Below are positions 1 to 9,955 of a stretch of DNA of 64,000 nt, piece by piece. The DNA is from Escherichia coli. Lineage in GTDB: Bacteria; Pseudomonadota; Gammaproteobacteria; Enterobacterales; Enterobacteriaceae. Every line of letters starts with the position of its first letter. The stretch's first letter is position 1. The position numbers were made by a program, and so were the translations under genes. The DNA is taken from the NCBI GenBank assembly GCA_902500205.1, contig GCA_902500205.1_4868.1, one strand, 5' to 3'. The notes under the pieces are model-generated. The model worked only from the letters and a program-made list of their open reading frames with translations, was not told where the DNA came from and made no database searches.

Positions 1-849
1 GCCGTTATCACGTACAACGAACAACACTTTGAACCAGACATCTACGATCCAACGCAGGTCAGTTTTAAAAACGGGATACTGGCAACTGTCGCTTTGATTG
101 AAGGGGAAGAAGTAATTGAGGACTCCAACGCCATTAGTGAGCGGTTCGCTGCTAAGGCTGAAGCCGATGTTACCAAACTCAAAGAAGTCACAATGACGTT
201 TACCCAGAACCTGTTGGAGATGGTAAAAGAAGGGGACCACGTAGACGTGGATTCAATTCTATGCACCTTCACCGACAACCTGACCGGCGATATGAGCGGG
301 TTCAGTAAAGAAGCAGCGGAAACGCTGCGTGAGTTAAGCTCCTTTGCACCACGCTCTGGTGTTCGTGGGTTTATCGACAAAATCGAAGTGGTTTACCACG
401 GCGAGGTGGAAGATATGACCCCGTCTTTGGCGGAGATGGTTCGTAAATACGACCGTATACGTCGGAAGACTGCGCTGGCTCTCAAACGTGACGAGCCGAA
501 GGACGGTCGAGTCAACGGTGATTTTCGTGTTGAGGGGGTGCCGTTAGCGTACAATAGCCTGTGTGTCCGATTCTACATCACACACCGGGTAGAGATGGCA
601 GCAGCGGATAAGATGGTTATTGCTAACCAGCTGAAAACGACGGTTCAGGAAGTGATGTATGGAACCAACAAAACGGAAGACGGGCAGGAACTCGACATTA
701 TCTTTGGTCGTGATTCCGTCGACGCACGTATCGTAGGTTCTATCATGCGCATCGGAACCACCAACGCTGTCGGGTATCGTGGTGGGGAGAATATCGGACG
801 CATCTTAGATGGTGAAGACGTCCCAGCCTTGCCGGCTAAAATCAACTAA
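1..849 (+). CDS. hypothetical protein, possibly 5'-partial (frame is open from position 1; first in-window start is TTG at 94)
   Basis: ORF track 94..849; no in-frame stop between 1 and 93. Confidence 0.5.
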   Translation, partial: AVITYNEQHFEPDIYDPTQVSFKNGILATVALIEGEEVIEDSNAISERFAAKAEADVTKLKEVTMTFTQNLLEMVKEGDHVDVDSILCTFTDNLTGDMSGFSKEAAETLRELSSFAPRSGVRGFIDKIEVVYHGEVEDMTPSLAEMVRKYDRIRRKTALALKRDEPKDGRVNGDFRVEGVPLAYNSLCVRFYITHRVEMAAADKMVIANQLKTTVQEVMYGTNKTEDGQELDIIFGRDSVDARIVGSIMRIGTTNAVGYRGGENIGRILDGEDVPALPAKIN

Positions 850-896
850 TGTAGGGCGGGTCGCTCCCGCCCGGTAAATAAACTCCGGAGTTAATA

Positions 897-1190
897 ATGG
901 GAATTTTAGATACGCTCAAGCAGCAGCATGGGATTCCGGTGGGCCGTAATAGCACGAATCCGGAAACGGAAGGTTATTCCCCACAGCAACGCATGAACTT
1001 TGTTGTTCTGGGCAATGCGGTTGAATTGGCCACCGAAATTATTCACGGACTGCTGAAGGGCAGCAATGGCCTGTCTGACCGCATGGGCGATCAGCGTTTG
1101 CTGAAACGAGACATCGCTGATATGGTGGGTGCGCGTATTACTGGTCGCATCCAGGATTCTATCAGCACCAAAAACGGGGGTCAGGCATGA
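897..1190 (+). CDS. hypothetical protein (97 aa)
   Basis: ATG preceded by GGAG; stop overlaps next start (ATGA). Confidence 0.6.
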   Translation: MGILDTLKQQHGIPVGRNSTNPETEGYSPQQRMNFVVLGNAVELATEIIHGLLKGSNGLSDRMGDQRLLKRDIADMVGARITGRIQDSISTKNGGQA

Positions 1191-2662
1191 TCAACTTATA
1201 TTCACTTAATGCTGTCACCAACGCAATGAAACTGGCGAAACAACACCAGGTTCGTTTAGAAGCTGACGTTGACAGTCCTGTTGGTCTACTGACAAAAGCG
1301 ACTACGCAGCAGAGCGTTTTCGATACACAGATAACTGACGAAGAGTTCTTCCAGTCTCTGCCGGATATCACTGCACTGAAAACGCCGCAATCTGGCACGG
1401 GCGAAGCGTCTGTAATCGCGGACACGGCAGCGGGTCCAGAAACGCTGAACGTCGAAGACCACGAACCGACACTGTTCGAACTGAAACGTATGGCTATCCA
1501 ACGTTGTCAGGGTATGCTTGACTTTGCCCGTAACGTTATTCAGCCGTTTGTTCAACTGGTTATCCAAAACAACCAGGGTATTGAAAACCAGGCAGTTAGC
1601 GAAGAGTGGGCACTCGTACCTGCAGGTATGGACCCGGCGCTGAACTCCCCGGTGGTACAGGCGTTAATTGATTCGGTAGAAAACCCGCTGGGTAATGGTA
1701 CTACGCATCCCGCAGTTAAAGCCAACGTCCCTGCCGATATCGAACTGCCGGAAACCGGCAGCAAAGCATACGACGATCTGGTTAAAGAACTGTTGAATGC
1801 GCTGGGTTGGAATATCAACGAAGCCGTTCGCAACATGCTCGAAGGGAACATGCTCTCTCCGGTAAGCGACCAGGCACCACACAACCTGAAACGCAACATT
1901 CTGTTTATGCTGCTTTCTGGCTACTACCTGGAAATGCCGTGGAAAGACTCTGGTCTGAATAGCGGGCAGTGGAAAGCACAGATGCTGCCATTACATTACA
2001 GCTATATCGGCTGGGTTTACGCCTACACCCAGAACATCGTTACCCGCATCAAGACCGGTAACATTGTCTTCGGATACGACAACGTTGAGAAGAAAGTGTA
2101 TATCTGTCAGGAAGTGATGGACGACTATCTGGAAAAAGGTGGTAGCGTTGAAGCGTTACTGGGCGCTATCTACCAGCTGGACGAAGGTGACACCAATGTC
2201 TCCACGCGTGTAGCTTCACTGTTGGAAAAACAGAAAGACTACATCGCTGCCTGGGGCCACCGTTCTGCGATTCAGCGTGCTAAGCTCGACAGCAGTTGGG
2301 TAACACGCAATCGCCAGTCACTGAAACAAGCGTTTAACGTGGCCATCGATGCAACCGATCCTGAACTGTTCTGGCGTGGACAGGACGGTCAGGTAGCAAC
2401 GCCGGAGTTCGTTAAGAAATCAACGGCAAGCTTCATCGATTCGTTCTTCACAACCGACACCACAGACATCACTGAGTTCGTTATCAAAGTCTCCGCGACT
2501 GAGGTCTTCGGTGAATACGAACTGTCCAAGCTGATGCTGGATATTCATCGTGGTATGATTGCTAACCGTCAACCTGACGAGGTGGCAACCGACTGGATGA
2601 TTAACTACGTCCTGGATTGGATTTGTGGCGGTGTGGTTATTTCTGTACCGAGCAAAGTTTAA
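1187..2662 (+). CDS. hypothetical protein (491 aa)
   Basis: Long ORF, translationally coupled to upstream gene. Confidence 0.65.
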   Translation: MINLYSLNAVTNAMKLAKQHQVRLEADVDSPVGLLTKATTQQSVFDTQITDEEFFQSLPDITALKTPQSGTGEASVIADTAAGPETLNVEDHEPTLFELKRMAIQRCQGMLDFARNVIQPFVQLVIQNNQGIENQAVSEEWALVPAGMDPALNSPVVQALIDSVENPLGNGTTHPAVKANVPADIELPETGSKAYDDLVKELLNALGWNINEAVRNMLEGNMLSPVSDQAPHNLKRNILFMLLSGYYLEMPWKDSGLNSGQWKAQMLPLHYSYIGWVYAYTQNIVTRIKTGNIVFGYDNVEKKVYICQEVMDDYLEKGGSVEALLGAIYQLDEGDTNVSTRVASLLEKQKDYIAAWGHRSAIQRAKLDSSWVTRNRQSLKQAFNVAIDATDPELFWRGQDGQVATPEFVKKSTASFIDSFFTTDTTDITEFVIKVSATEVFGEYELSKLMLDIHRGMIANRQPDEVATDWMINYVLDWICGGVVISVPSKV

Positions 2663-2671
2663 TAAAGAGAG

Positions 2672-3400
2672 GTGGTCGTGAGCGCCATTGAAACAGCACG
2701 TCGTGACGCGACGAAAATTCATGCAGATTTAGTGGACCAAGGCACGGCCACCATCACCAAAGGGGGATGTTACATTTACATCCCTGTTGGCTTCGTGGCT
2801 AAAGAGCTGGCGGTAATTTCTTCGCAAGTCGAAATCGTCGGTATTTTCGCTATCTCCACTGACCGCAAAACCTACGGGGTATCGAACGTCACGACGTTCA
2901 TTGAAATTACCCCGTCGGCGTTTGAGGAAATTGACGTTCAGGGTGTGCCGTATTACGAGTTCCGTTTTGACCCCGGCACGGTGGTGTTCCCCAACCGAAT
3001 GCTGCAAGTGCTCTCCTCGCCAGTCTACAACATCGCTTCGTACATCTACGACTTCGGAAACCGGCCTTTCTGGTACACCGCAGTAGATGACGCTGAGCTA
3101 TTGTCTGACACTAAGACGTGGAACGGCTTTACGGTCTTTAACGACCAGATCACCGCTGACTGTTATGCTGCCCACACACAGCGTAAGGTTGGCGACCCGC
3201 GGACGTATTTCCGCTACACCCTGAAAAAAGACAGCGATTTGATGAATCGGGTGCAGTTTATTCCGCTGCGTTCAGGTTCATTGAACAAAACTTCCCGGCT
3301 GGCCAAGATTGCAGATGTGGAACTGAAACAGGGTATCCGTTCTGCACTCCAGGTCGATCCGGTACGTGCAGAGCCACTCGAGGATTTGTATATGAGGTAA
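2672..3400 (+). CDS. hypothetical protein (GTG start at 2672 or 2678)
   Basis: ORF track; GAGG Shine-Dalgarno upstream. Confidence 0.55.
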   Translation: MVVSAIETARRDATKIHADLVDQGTATITKGGCYIYIPVGFVAKELAVISSQVEIVGIFAISTDRKTYGVSNVTTFIEITPSAFEEIDVQGVPYYEFRFDPGTVVFPNRMLQVLSSPVYNIASYIYDFGNRPFWYTAVDDAELLSDTKTWNGFTVFNDQITADCYAAHTQRKVGDPRTYFRYTLKKDSDLMNRVQFIPLRSGSLNKTSRLAKIADVELKQGIRSALQVDPVRAEPLEDLYMR

Positions 3401-3462
3401 CTGAGGTAGGGTTATTGTACGTCCCCAATAACCCGCTTCGGTAATAACAACTGGGGAAACCA

Positions 3463-4266
3463 ATGGAAAACTTGTCACTACGTTATAACTGCGTGGCACT
3501 CGCTGGGGTCAATAAAGGGGCAACGCTAAAGAAAGATGCGGACGGATATTACTACGTCCTGTTAGGTGCACTGAATATTTTCAACTCTGAGAATATTTAC
3601 TACGCCTATAACGAGTCAAAACATGTCTTCGAGCGCTCTAACGTTTTCATGCGTAAAGTTTTGGCGGGGAATCTCTTCGGTGAAGAAGACCATCCGCAAT
3701 ACGAACAAGGCATGAGCGAAGCCCAGTGGATCGAACGTAACGAATGGATCGAAACGCGTAACGTGTGTATGCACATTCGCGAAGTAGAAGTGAAGCCGAC
3801 CGACCAGATGTGTAACGGTCTGCCGGTGATGGAAATTTGGGGTTGGATTAAACCTAACCGTGAACGTGGTCCGCTTCTGGCGGAAGCACTAGAGAACCCA
3901 CATCAGAACGTGTGTTTCTCGCTGCGTGCTATCGTTCGTGAAGGTCGTCTGGGTACGACTATCGTACGCCGCATCGATAAACTGGTCACCTTTGACTGGG
4001 TTATTGAAGATGGCCTGCAAATCTGTAACAAATACTCTGCGATTCAACGCGGTAGTAAAGTAGCACAGGAATCTACTCGCACTTACGTCGACCGCCCTAT
4101 CAGTCGTCAAGTGTTGGAAGACATTCTGTACAATCCGACAACGACCAGCGCTGTTGCCACTGAGTCCCGTCGTGGTGCTCTCCAGCAACTCGCGCAGGAA
4201 TACCTGCAGCTGGCTCCGAAAGTGTCCAATCTGCGGGTAATGGGCATGGGTGTAAGGAGCTGGTAA
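3463..4266 (+). CDS. hypothetical protein (267 aa)
   Basis: ORF track, same-strand gene array. Confidence 0.6.
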   Translation: MENLSLRYNCVALAGVNKGATLKKDADGYYYVLLGALNIFNSENIYYAYNESKHVFERSNVFMRKVLAGNLFGEEDHPQYEQGMSEAQWIERNEWIETRNVCMHIREVEVKPTDQMCNGLPVMEIWGWIKPNRERGPLLAEALENPHQNVCFSLRAIVREGRLGTTIVRRIDKLVTFDWVIEDGLQICNKYSAIQRGSKVAQESTRTYVDRPISRQVLEDILYNPTTTSAVATESRRGALQQLAQEYLQLAPKVSNLRVMGMGVRSW

Positions 4267-4269
4267 AAA

Positions 4270-4899
4270 ATGGCAGAACATATCGACCCGTCATTAGAGC
4301 GGTGGTGTGAACGCCAGATGCCGCACGTCGCCAAAAAGTTGACGTTACGTAAACTGACTGAACAGCCGCTGCATTTAAGCAAGTGTAAGATACCGACGTT
4401 TTCGCCGCGTATCCCACTTTCGTGCGCGCCAGATGAAGACAAGACCGTGCCCAGGATTTGCTGCTCGGTAGATTTAGAGCGAGCGATTAAGGGTGCACGT
4501 CACAACTTCTCTGCAATCGAAATACCCACACGATTGTATCTTTACGGTTTTGATGAACGTGATGTAGCGCAGCCTTCGGTCAACCTGACACAGGAACCGA
4601 ATCGGGCGGGTGAAGTATGGATTGTACCACACCGCATGTCGAACTGGGATATCAAACCGATTTACCTGGGCGAGATGCGGTTGTCAGAACTTCGCAACGG
4701 TGGCCATGTTTTTGTCTATCACTTAAGTTTCGGACAAGATGTGCGCCTGTCTACCAGTCAACTGTTGAAAGCCGGCGAATTTTATCGACTGATTATCAGC
4801 GTCAACTGGGAGCGCGGTGAAGTTAAGGTCTCGGAGGCGGTCGCCACTGCGCGTACTGCTTTTGATAACGCACTGAACGAATACGTCGTTTCACCGTAG
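4270..4899 (+). CDS. hypothetical protein (209 aa)
   Basis: AAGGAG upstream of ATG. Confidence 0.6.
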   Translation: MAEHIDPSLERWCERQMPHVAKKLTLRKLTEQPLHLSKCKIPTFSPRIPLSCAPDEDKTVPRICCSVDLERAIKGARHNFSAIEIPTRLYLYGFDERDVAQPSVNLTQEPNRAGEVWIVPHRMSNWDIKPIYLGEMRLSELRNGGHVFVYHLSFGQDVRLSTSQLLKAGEFYRLIISVNWERGEVKVSEAVATARTAFDNALNEYVVSP

Positions 4900-4954
4900 T
4901 GCCTAGTTCGTGGTCTGCAAATCACAACTAAAAACCACTACAGTAGGGGGACGC

Positions 4955-5254
4955 ATGAAGGTCGTTAACATCGCAATACCTCCGACCCTTCGTTGTTTGA
5001 CGCCGGAAGAACTGAAAGCGTTAGCGATCTACGCTATCCAAGGAAAGGCTGGTAAAGAAGTGCTTGCCGAAATCTTATCGGAACGTTTTGATACAAAACG
5101 CAAGGTTAATAACATCATCTCCGGAATCGCGTCGCTAGATATCATGGCACTCTATTGCGACATTAAAGAGGCTGGAGTGACAATCGACTATCGCCGTACT
5201 TACTTTCTACTCACTGAGCCGTATCGTTCGAATATGGCAATAAAGCAGATGTAA
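4955..5254 (+). CDS. hypothetical small protein (start moved to ATG 4955)
   Basis: ATG at 4955 in frame with track ORF 4910..5254. Confidence 0.45.
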   Translation: MKVVNIAIPPTLRCLTPEELKALAIYAIQGKAGKEVLAEILSERFDTKRKVNNIISGIASLDIMALYCDIKEAGVTIDYRRTYFLLTEPYRSNMAIKQM

Positions 5255-5307
5255 TTTTTTACATGACGTTGGTTTCATGTGTTGGGGAACAAAATAAGGA
5301 CAAGAAG

Positions 5308-5856
5308 ATGTTTTATCTGGATAGCGATGGCGTTTTTGCACGCTGGCGTAAATACGTTTTATCCACGCATTTTCCCGGAATGACGATTAAAGAGTTTAAC
5401 GCACTACCTGAACTCCGTCGCCGTAGTTTGGTTCGTTCGATGTATCAGAACGATCCTGACTTGTTTTACAAACTCGAACCAATTGAGGGTGTAGAGCGAA
5501 TCCTGGAAACGGTAGATAGACTTTGCGACAGTTGGGCAATACTCACCTCTGGATCAGAAGATCACTACGACCACCAATTGGTTGTGGATTCAAAACAACG
5601 GTGGTTCATGAAGCACTTTGGGGTACCAGCTGACAAAGTCATCGTCACCGAAAGTTCAGGGCAGAAGAAAGCTTACGCCTCGCGAGGTAATTTGCTTGTC
5701 GACGATTATGGTCGTAACTGTCGAGAATGGATTTTGCAAGGTGGCGCGGCAATATGGTCGCGAACTGAAGAACCGAACATTGATGGCATTTGCCTCCAGT
5801 GTGAAGCGTTCTACAATGACCCGATTACTCACTCGGGGACACTACTGCAAGTCTAA
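5308..5856 (+). CDS. putative HAD-like nucleotidase (weak call)
   Basis: N-terminal MFYLDSDGVF resembles the DxDG nucleophile motif of HAD 5'(3')-deoxyribonucleotidases; AAGGA before ATG 5308. Confidence 0.3.
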   Translation: MFYLDSDGVFARWRKYVLSTHFPGMTIKEFNALPELRRRSLVRSMYQNDPDLFYKLEPIEGVERILETVDRLCDSWAILTSGSEDHYDHQLVVDSKQRWFMKHFGVPADKVIVTESSGQKKAYASRGNLLVDDYGRNCREWILQGGAAIWSRTEEPNIDGICLQCEAFYNDPITHSGTLLQV

Positions 5857-5930
5857 GCTCCACTAGGCTCATCCTATCTTCGGATACGGGTGAGTCTTTT
5901 TATTTTATTAATTGCATTCAAAAAGAACTG

Positions 5931-5951
5931 AGATATATATTACTTAGGTGA
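5931..5951 (+). promoter_or_regulatory. phage promoter-like motif, class 1 (AGATATATATTACTTAGGTGA; contains TATATTAC)
   Basis: One of 8 copies of a conserved oriented motif, about 50 nt upstream of gene 6003. Confidence 0.5.
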
Positions 5952-6002
5952 GCGTTACACGTTAACGCTTTAATCGACTATTACCCAGAAGGAGTATTTA
6001 CA

Positions 6003-6401
6003 ATGACTAACCAACTACGCCAAGACCCGTTTGTTGCCATGATGCTTTGTGCTAAAGCCGAGAGCAACGAAGCCGATTTAATTCGTCTGTTGACTGATGA
6101 CGAATACCTTATCTCCGAGCGCGATAAACGTTTAAAAGAACTCTACAAGCCAGAAACCGGTGAATCGCTCGGCAATCAAGACGCCTGGAAGTTTCTTATT
6201 CTTGTTGCTGATGAAACGTGGCGAGCAAAAAATCCCATCGTCTGTGATATTACAGACCTACCGTACAAATACGGCGGACTCATCACTAGCGACCAGCACC
6301 TTAAAGCGTTCTTTGTTGGTGAAGCAATGCAAGAACTGCAAGATGTTCTTATTACAGCAACGGACACTTTGAAACGTTTGCGCGCCGAGCAGCTAATCTG
6401 A
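6003..6401 (+). CDS. hypothetical protein (132 aa), promoter-proximal
   Basis: Conserved leader AAGGAGTATTTACAATG. Confidence 0.6.
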   Translation: MTNQLRQDPFVAMMLCAKAESNEADLIRLLTDDEYLISERDKRLKELYKPETGESLGNQDAWKFLILVADETWRAKNPIVCDITDLPYKYGGLITSDQHLKAFFVGEAMQELQDVLITATDTLKRLRAEQLI

Positions 6402-6455
6402 TCTCTCAAAAATCACGAATCGTACAAATCCTTTGACTGTGTAGGAAGGAATAAA

Positions 6456-6845
6456 ATGAAAATCGCAGAGGGGTTAGTAGATGCGTGCAGAGACCCATTC
6501 ACGCTGTGGGTTCTTTGTGGCTTGCGCCGAGACGATCGTTTCGGTGAGTTTGTTCGAAATCCAGATGCTTTACTAAGCTTCGTAGAAAGCGAGGAGAAGC
6601 GTTTAGAGGAGATTAAAGAGGAAAGTAGTACCCTTACACCAGATATGGTGGTTTATAGCCGTATGACGTCACACAGGTGGCGTACGACCCATCGGCTGAA
6701 GGGAACCTCAATGAAGGAATTGATTGAAGGGTTATCAAAGGCGCTTTCGTCTGATAACATTATCTGGCCGGTGTTGTATACCAACGAAGACCATTCTGAT
6801 AACGTGAAGGTTACACTGACACGTTGTTATCACACATTCTCGTAG
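6456..6845 (+). CDS. hypothetical protein (129 aa)
   Basis: AGGAAGG upstream of ATG. Confidence 0.55.
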   Translation: MKIAEGLVDACRDPFTLWVLCGLRRDDRFGEFVRNPDALLSFVESEEKRLEEIKEESSTLTPDMVVYSRMTSHRWRTTHRLKGTSMKELIEGLSKALSSDNIIWPVLYTNEDHSDNVKVTLTRCYHTFS

Positions 6846-6879
6846 TAGTTAATCGACCATTACCGTAAGGAATATTTAC

Positions 6880-7551
6880 ATGCAGGGCACTGAACTCAAC
6901 AAACTTTGGGAAAAACTGGTTCGTCAATTCCGCGACTTCTATCGATATACCGATAGCGCGCATCGCATGGATCACATCAACTCAGTTAAATCAAATGCGA
7001 TTCGTATCGCGTATATGCTTGGGCAAACCGAACACCTGAAGCTGATACTGATTGCGGTGGCAGCTCACGATATCTTCTCTACCAAAGAAGACCGCGCGTC
7101 ACACCACATCAAAGGGTATAGCTGGATACTGGATAACAAGCCAGTGCTCAAACGTAAGTATAAACTTACCGATGATGAATGTTTGACGATTGCCCATGCA
7201 GTCTTAGAACACCGCAGTTCTCACAAAGGGAACTACAACGGGATTGTCTCTGAGATAGTTGCCGCAGCTGACCGCGGTATACCGTCTGTAGATGACGTGA
7301 GCAATTACATGCACCGTTCTTATCTGTTTGCCCGTGAACAGGGTAAAAGTAAAGGCGATGCAAAATTCCATGCCGTTGGTCACGTCCAACAGAAGTTCGG
7401 ACGCAACGGTATTAGTAATGTCCCTAGTTGGTACGGTACGCTCTTCGCAGAGCGCATTCTGGAACGCAGGGATTTCGTGGAGCAGCTAGATATTAGCTAT
7501 TTCACAGATACCATTATCGACGACCTCGAAGCTCGTCTTTCACACGATTAA
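6880..7551 (+). CDS. putative HD-domain phosphohydrolase
   Basis: H..HD..H..H..D pattern (SAHRMDH, AAHDIFS, HHIKG, AAADRG); conserved leader AAGGAATATTTACATG. Confidence 0.4.
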   Translation: MQGTELNKLWEKLVRQFRDFYRYTDSAHRMDHINSVKSNAIRIAYMLGQTEHLKLILIAVAAHDIFSTKEDRASHHIKGYSWILDNKPVLKRKYKLTDDECLTIAHAVLEHRSSHKGNYNGIVSEIVAAADRGIPSVDDVSNYMHRSYLFAREQGKSKGDAKFHAVGHVQQKFGRNGISNVPSWYGTLFAERILERRDFVEQLDISYFTDTIIDDLEARLSHD

Positions 7552-7577
7552 TCACACTGACCTTAAGGAATATTAAG

Positions 7578-8066
7578 ATGGCTGAAGTAACTTCAATGAA
7601 AGCACTGCACAAACTGATCGCTGAACTGGACACGCCGGCAGCAACCCTGTCCGAAGACCTGGCGCTGAATGCTGAGCCGCTGGTTAAGATTTACGAAGAA
7701 ACACTCCCCGTAACGAAAGTTGGGGATGTGGACTATCGCTTCACACTGGAAGACGCGGACGCTCTGCGACAGCACGACGCAAACTTCACTGAACTGTTCG
7801 GTGGCATTGCCGGTGGTCTGATTGCTGACCGTGCGAAAGCGGATAGCGAAATCGGTGCACTGGACTTAACGCTGGATATCGGTAACGCAGCATTCTCTAC
7901 CGTGTTCTCTCGCCCGGTTACTGAAAACCCAACTCAGAAAGAATGGGCAGCGTCCATCTCTTACGGTTACGGTTCTCCAAAGTCTAAAGCGTTGGAAGGC
8001 AAGCTGCGTAAAGAGTTTGCCAAGTCCATGATGGCAACTGATGAAGAAGACGAAGACGACGAATAA
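7578..8066 (+). CDS. hypothetical protein with acidic C-terminal tail (DEEDEDDE)
   Basis: Conserved leader AAGGAATATTAAGATG; optimal codons. Confidence 0.6.
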   Translation: MAEVTSMKALHKLIAELDTPAATLSEDLALNAEPLVKIYEETLPVTKVGDVDYRFTLEDADALRQHDANFTELFGGIAGGLIADRAKADSEIGALDLTLDIGNAAFSTVFSRPVTENPTQKEWAASISYGYGSPKSKALEGKLRKEFAKSMMATDEEDEDDE

Positions 8067-8428
8067 TGATTCCGTCCAGCCCAAAGGAACTCGCTGAGCT
8101 ACTCGGGGCTAAAGTGGAATGTCATCCTAATGTGAATCCTGCTACTGGGTTACGTTGGGATGGCACCATTGCGTCACACGAGGAAATCGGTCTCACCGTC
8201 ACCTTCCCTAAACCTATGCCTGCGCCTATTGCGCTTGCTGTTAATCCTAAATTTTATCGAGAGGAATACACCATGTCACAATCAGAAAACGCGAAACAAG
8301 TTATCGTAGACACCTTGCAGGATTTTGACCCGGAAGAGTTCGGGCCTGATGCCGACGGCGGTGAAGCACGTGCTGCGCACATTGCAGAAATCATTGAAGA
8401 AGCCTTGAAAGAAAAAGGCTTCCTCTAA
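8066..8428 (+). CDS. hypothetical protein (120 aa)
   Basis: Start overlaps upstream stop. Confidence 0.55.
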   Translation: MIPSSPKELAELLGAKVECHPNVNPATGLRWDGTIASHEEIGLTVTFPKPMPAPIALAVNPKFYREEYTMSQSENAKQVIVDTLQDFDPEEFGPDADGGEARAAHIAEIIEEALKEKGFL

Positions 8429-8485
8429 AGAAAACATTAGGGTGGTCTTATGACTGCCCTATTTTTTTTTGATTTTGGAGCTACA

Positions 8486-9028
8486 ATGAAGCAACTTAAT
8501 ACTCTCGGTCAGGATGATATCAAACCGATTCCATCTGATATGAAACGTGAAGACATTATTCGCCACATCAATCAGATCGGTGACGTGTTTACGTTGTCCA
8601 TGAAAGCCATATTGGAAGACGCATTCGAAACCATTGCCGAATATCCGGTTGAGATTATTCCGCACACCATCAACGGCTACCAGCGTTTTCTCGACACTAT
8701 TACCAAAGGTAGTAGTGGTCGTATCATCGCAGGCTTTATCATCCGCTTTAAGTGCTTGTTGCAAGTAGAGCTGGGTGACGAGGTACTCCGTCGGCTGGAA
8801 CACGAACTCATTAGCATGTCTGCCAACGACATTCTCGCGGCCGAATCGGGGCAAGGTTATAAAGACGGGATGTCTCTCTGGAAGATTGCCCATCCTGACC
8901 TAGGTGACGTTCAACCACCGTCTGAGTTCGATGTGCTCGTAACTTATCTGTTACTGCTGCAAATTAAGAACCTATTAATTCGTGCTAATGCGCAGCGTGA
9001 AATTGATGCTAGCCAACCGAAAAAATAA
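8486..9028 (+). CDS. hypothetical protein (start moved to ATG 8486)
   Basis: GGAG upstream of ATG 8486. Confidence 0.5.
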   Translation: MKQLNTLGQDDIKPIPSDMKREDIIRHINQIGDVFTLSMKAILEDAFETIAEYPVEIIPHTINGYQRFLDTITKGSSGRIIAGFIIRFKCLLQVELGDEVLRRLEHELISMSANDILAAESGQGYKDGMSLWKIAHPDLGDVQPPSEFDVLVTYLLLLQIKNLLIRANAQREIDASQPKK

Positions 9029-9075
9029 AACGTACCTCTCTCCATCCGGAGAGAGGTAACGCTTGTTTTTTTTGT
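9020..9075. terminator. bidirectional intrinsic terminator between convergent genes
   Basis: Hairpin CTCTCTCC-ATCC-GGAGAGAG flanked by an A-run upstream and a T-run downstream. Confidence 0.7.
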
Positions 9076-9076
9076 C

Positions 9077-9952
9077 TTAGCGCATCTGGTTGGCCATCTG
9101 CTCGTCGGAGACAGAGTTGTAGCCACCTGGGGTTGCGTTGACGTCCGGGTTGATACCATCGGTCTGCTGAGACGGAGTGAGCCACAGTTTGCGTTCGTAA
9201 GGACGCAGACCGTACAGCTTCATACGGTCCAGCTCTTTCGCAGCGGCCTGCATCGGACCCCAACCTGTCCATTGCTGGGAGGTAAAGGCGATTGACAGTT
9301 CGTTAATCTGCGGACCGGTGTTGGTTTCACGCTCACCGATATCCTGGCCAGCGGTTTCCGGAATCATGTTCGTTAACCACCACGCGTTCTGCGGTTTACG
9401 CTGATACGCATCTGGCTCGATGAACAGCACGGTCATGCTGTACATATCCGGCAGGTGGTCAGGAACGTTCGGGTTGATTGCGGCCAGGCCTGGGTGACCA
9501 GTCTGGGGATCACAAACACCGTAAACCAGCCACGCCCACAGCATGTTCTGGTACACCTTCCCGAGTTTATCCGGGGTGGTGAAGGTAACAGAGGACAGTG
9601 CTTCCGTTACCAGACCAGCTTCATACTGGGTACGGTTGTTACGACCCTGCTGAGTTTCAACAGCCGCATGGCTCAGGGTTTTATCCAGGCCAGTAATCTC
9701 GGAGTGAACCTCGATAAAGGACTTGATAGCCTGACGCCACATCTGCGGGTTCGGCATGTAATCCACCCAACGAGGGAATTCCATGACACGCGCAATGACG
9801 TTACGACGCAGACGAGAGGCGTTAGTAACGAACTTGCCAACCTGTCCAACCGGGCCGTTTTGGCCCGAGGAGAACGCGTTGACCATATCGTACTGGCCGC
9901 CGTCGACGTGCAGACCCTGATCAGGCAAAATGAGACGATCTTTGATTGCCAT
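9077..9952 (-). CDS. virion structural protein, candidate tail tube
   Basis: Immediately downstream of and co-oriented with the candidate sheath gene; optimal codons; no motif-level support. Confidence 0.3.
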   Translation of the reverse strand: MAIKDRLILPDQGLHVDGGQYDMVNAFSSGQNGPVGQVGKFVTNASRLRRNVIARVMEFPRWVDYMPNPQMWRQAIKSFIEVHSEITGLDKTLSHAAVETQQGRNNRTQYEAGLVTEALSSVTFTTPDKLGKVYQNMLWAWLVYGVCDPQTGHPGLAAINPNVPDHLPDMYSMTVLFIEPDAYQRKPQNAWWLTNMIPETAGQDIGERETNTGPQINELSIAFTSQQWTGWGPMQAAAKELDRMKLYGLRPYERKLWLTPSQQTDGINPDVNATPGGYNSVSDEQMANQMR

Positions 9953-9955
9953 CTA

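Noticed and set aside
42-380. Short minus-strand ORFs overlapping plus-strand genes (this and many similar ones in the track)
   Set aside because: Embedded in longer co-linear plus-strand genes, no ribosome-binding sites, atypical composition.
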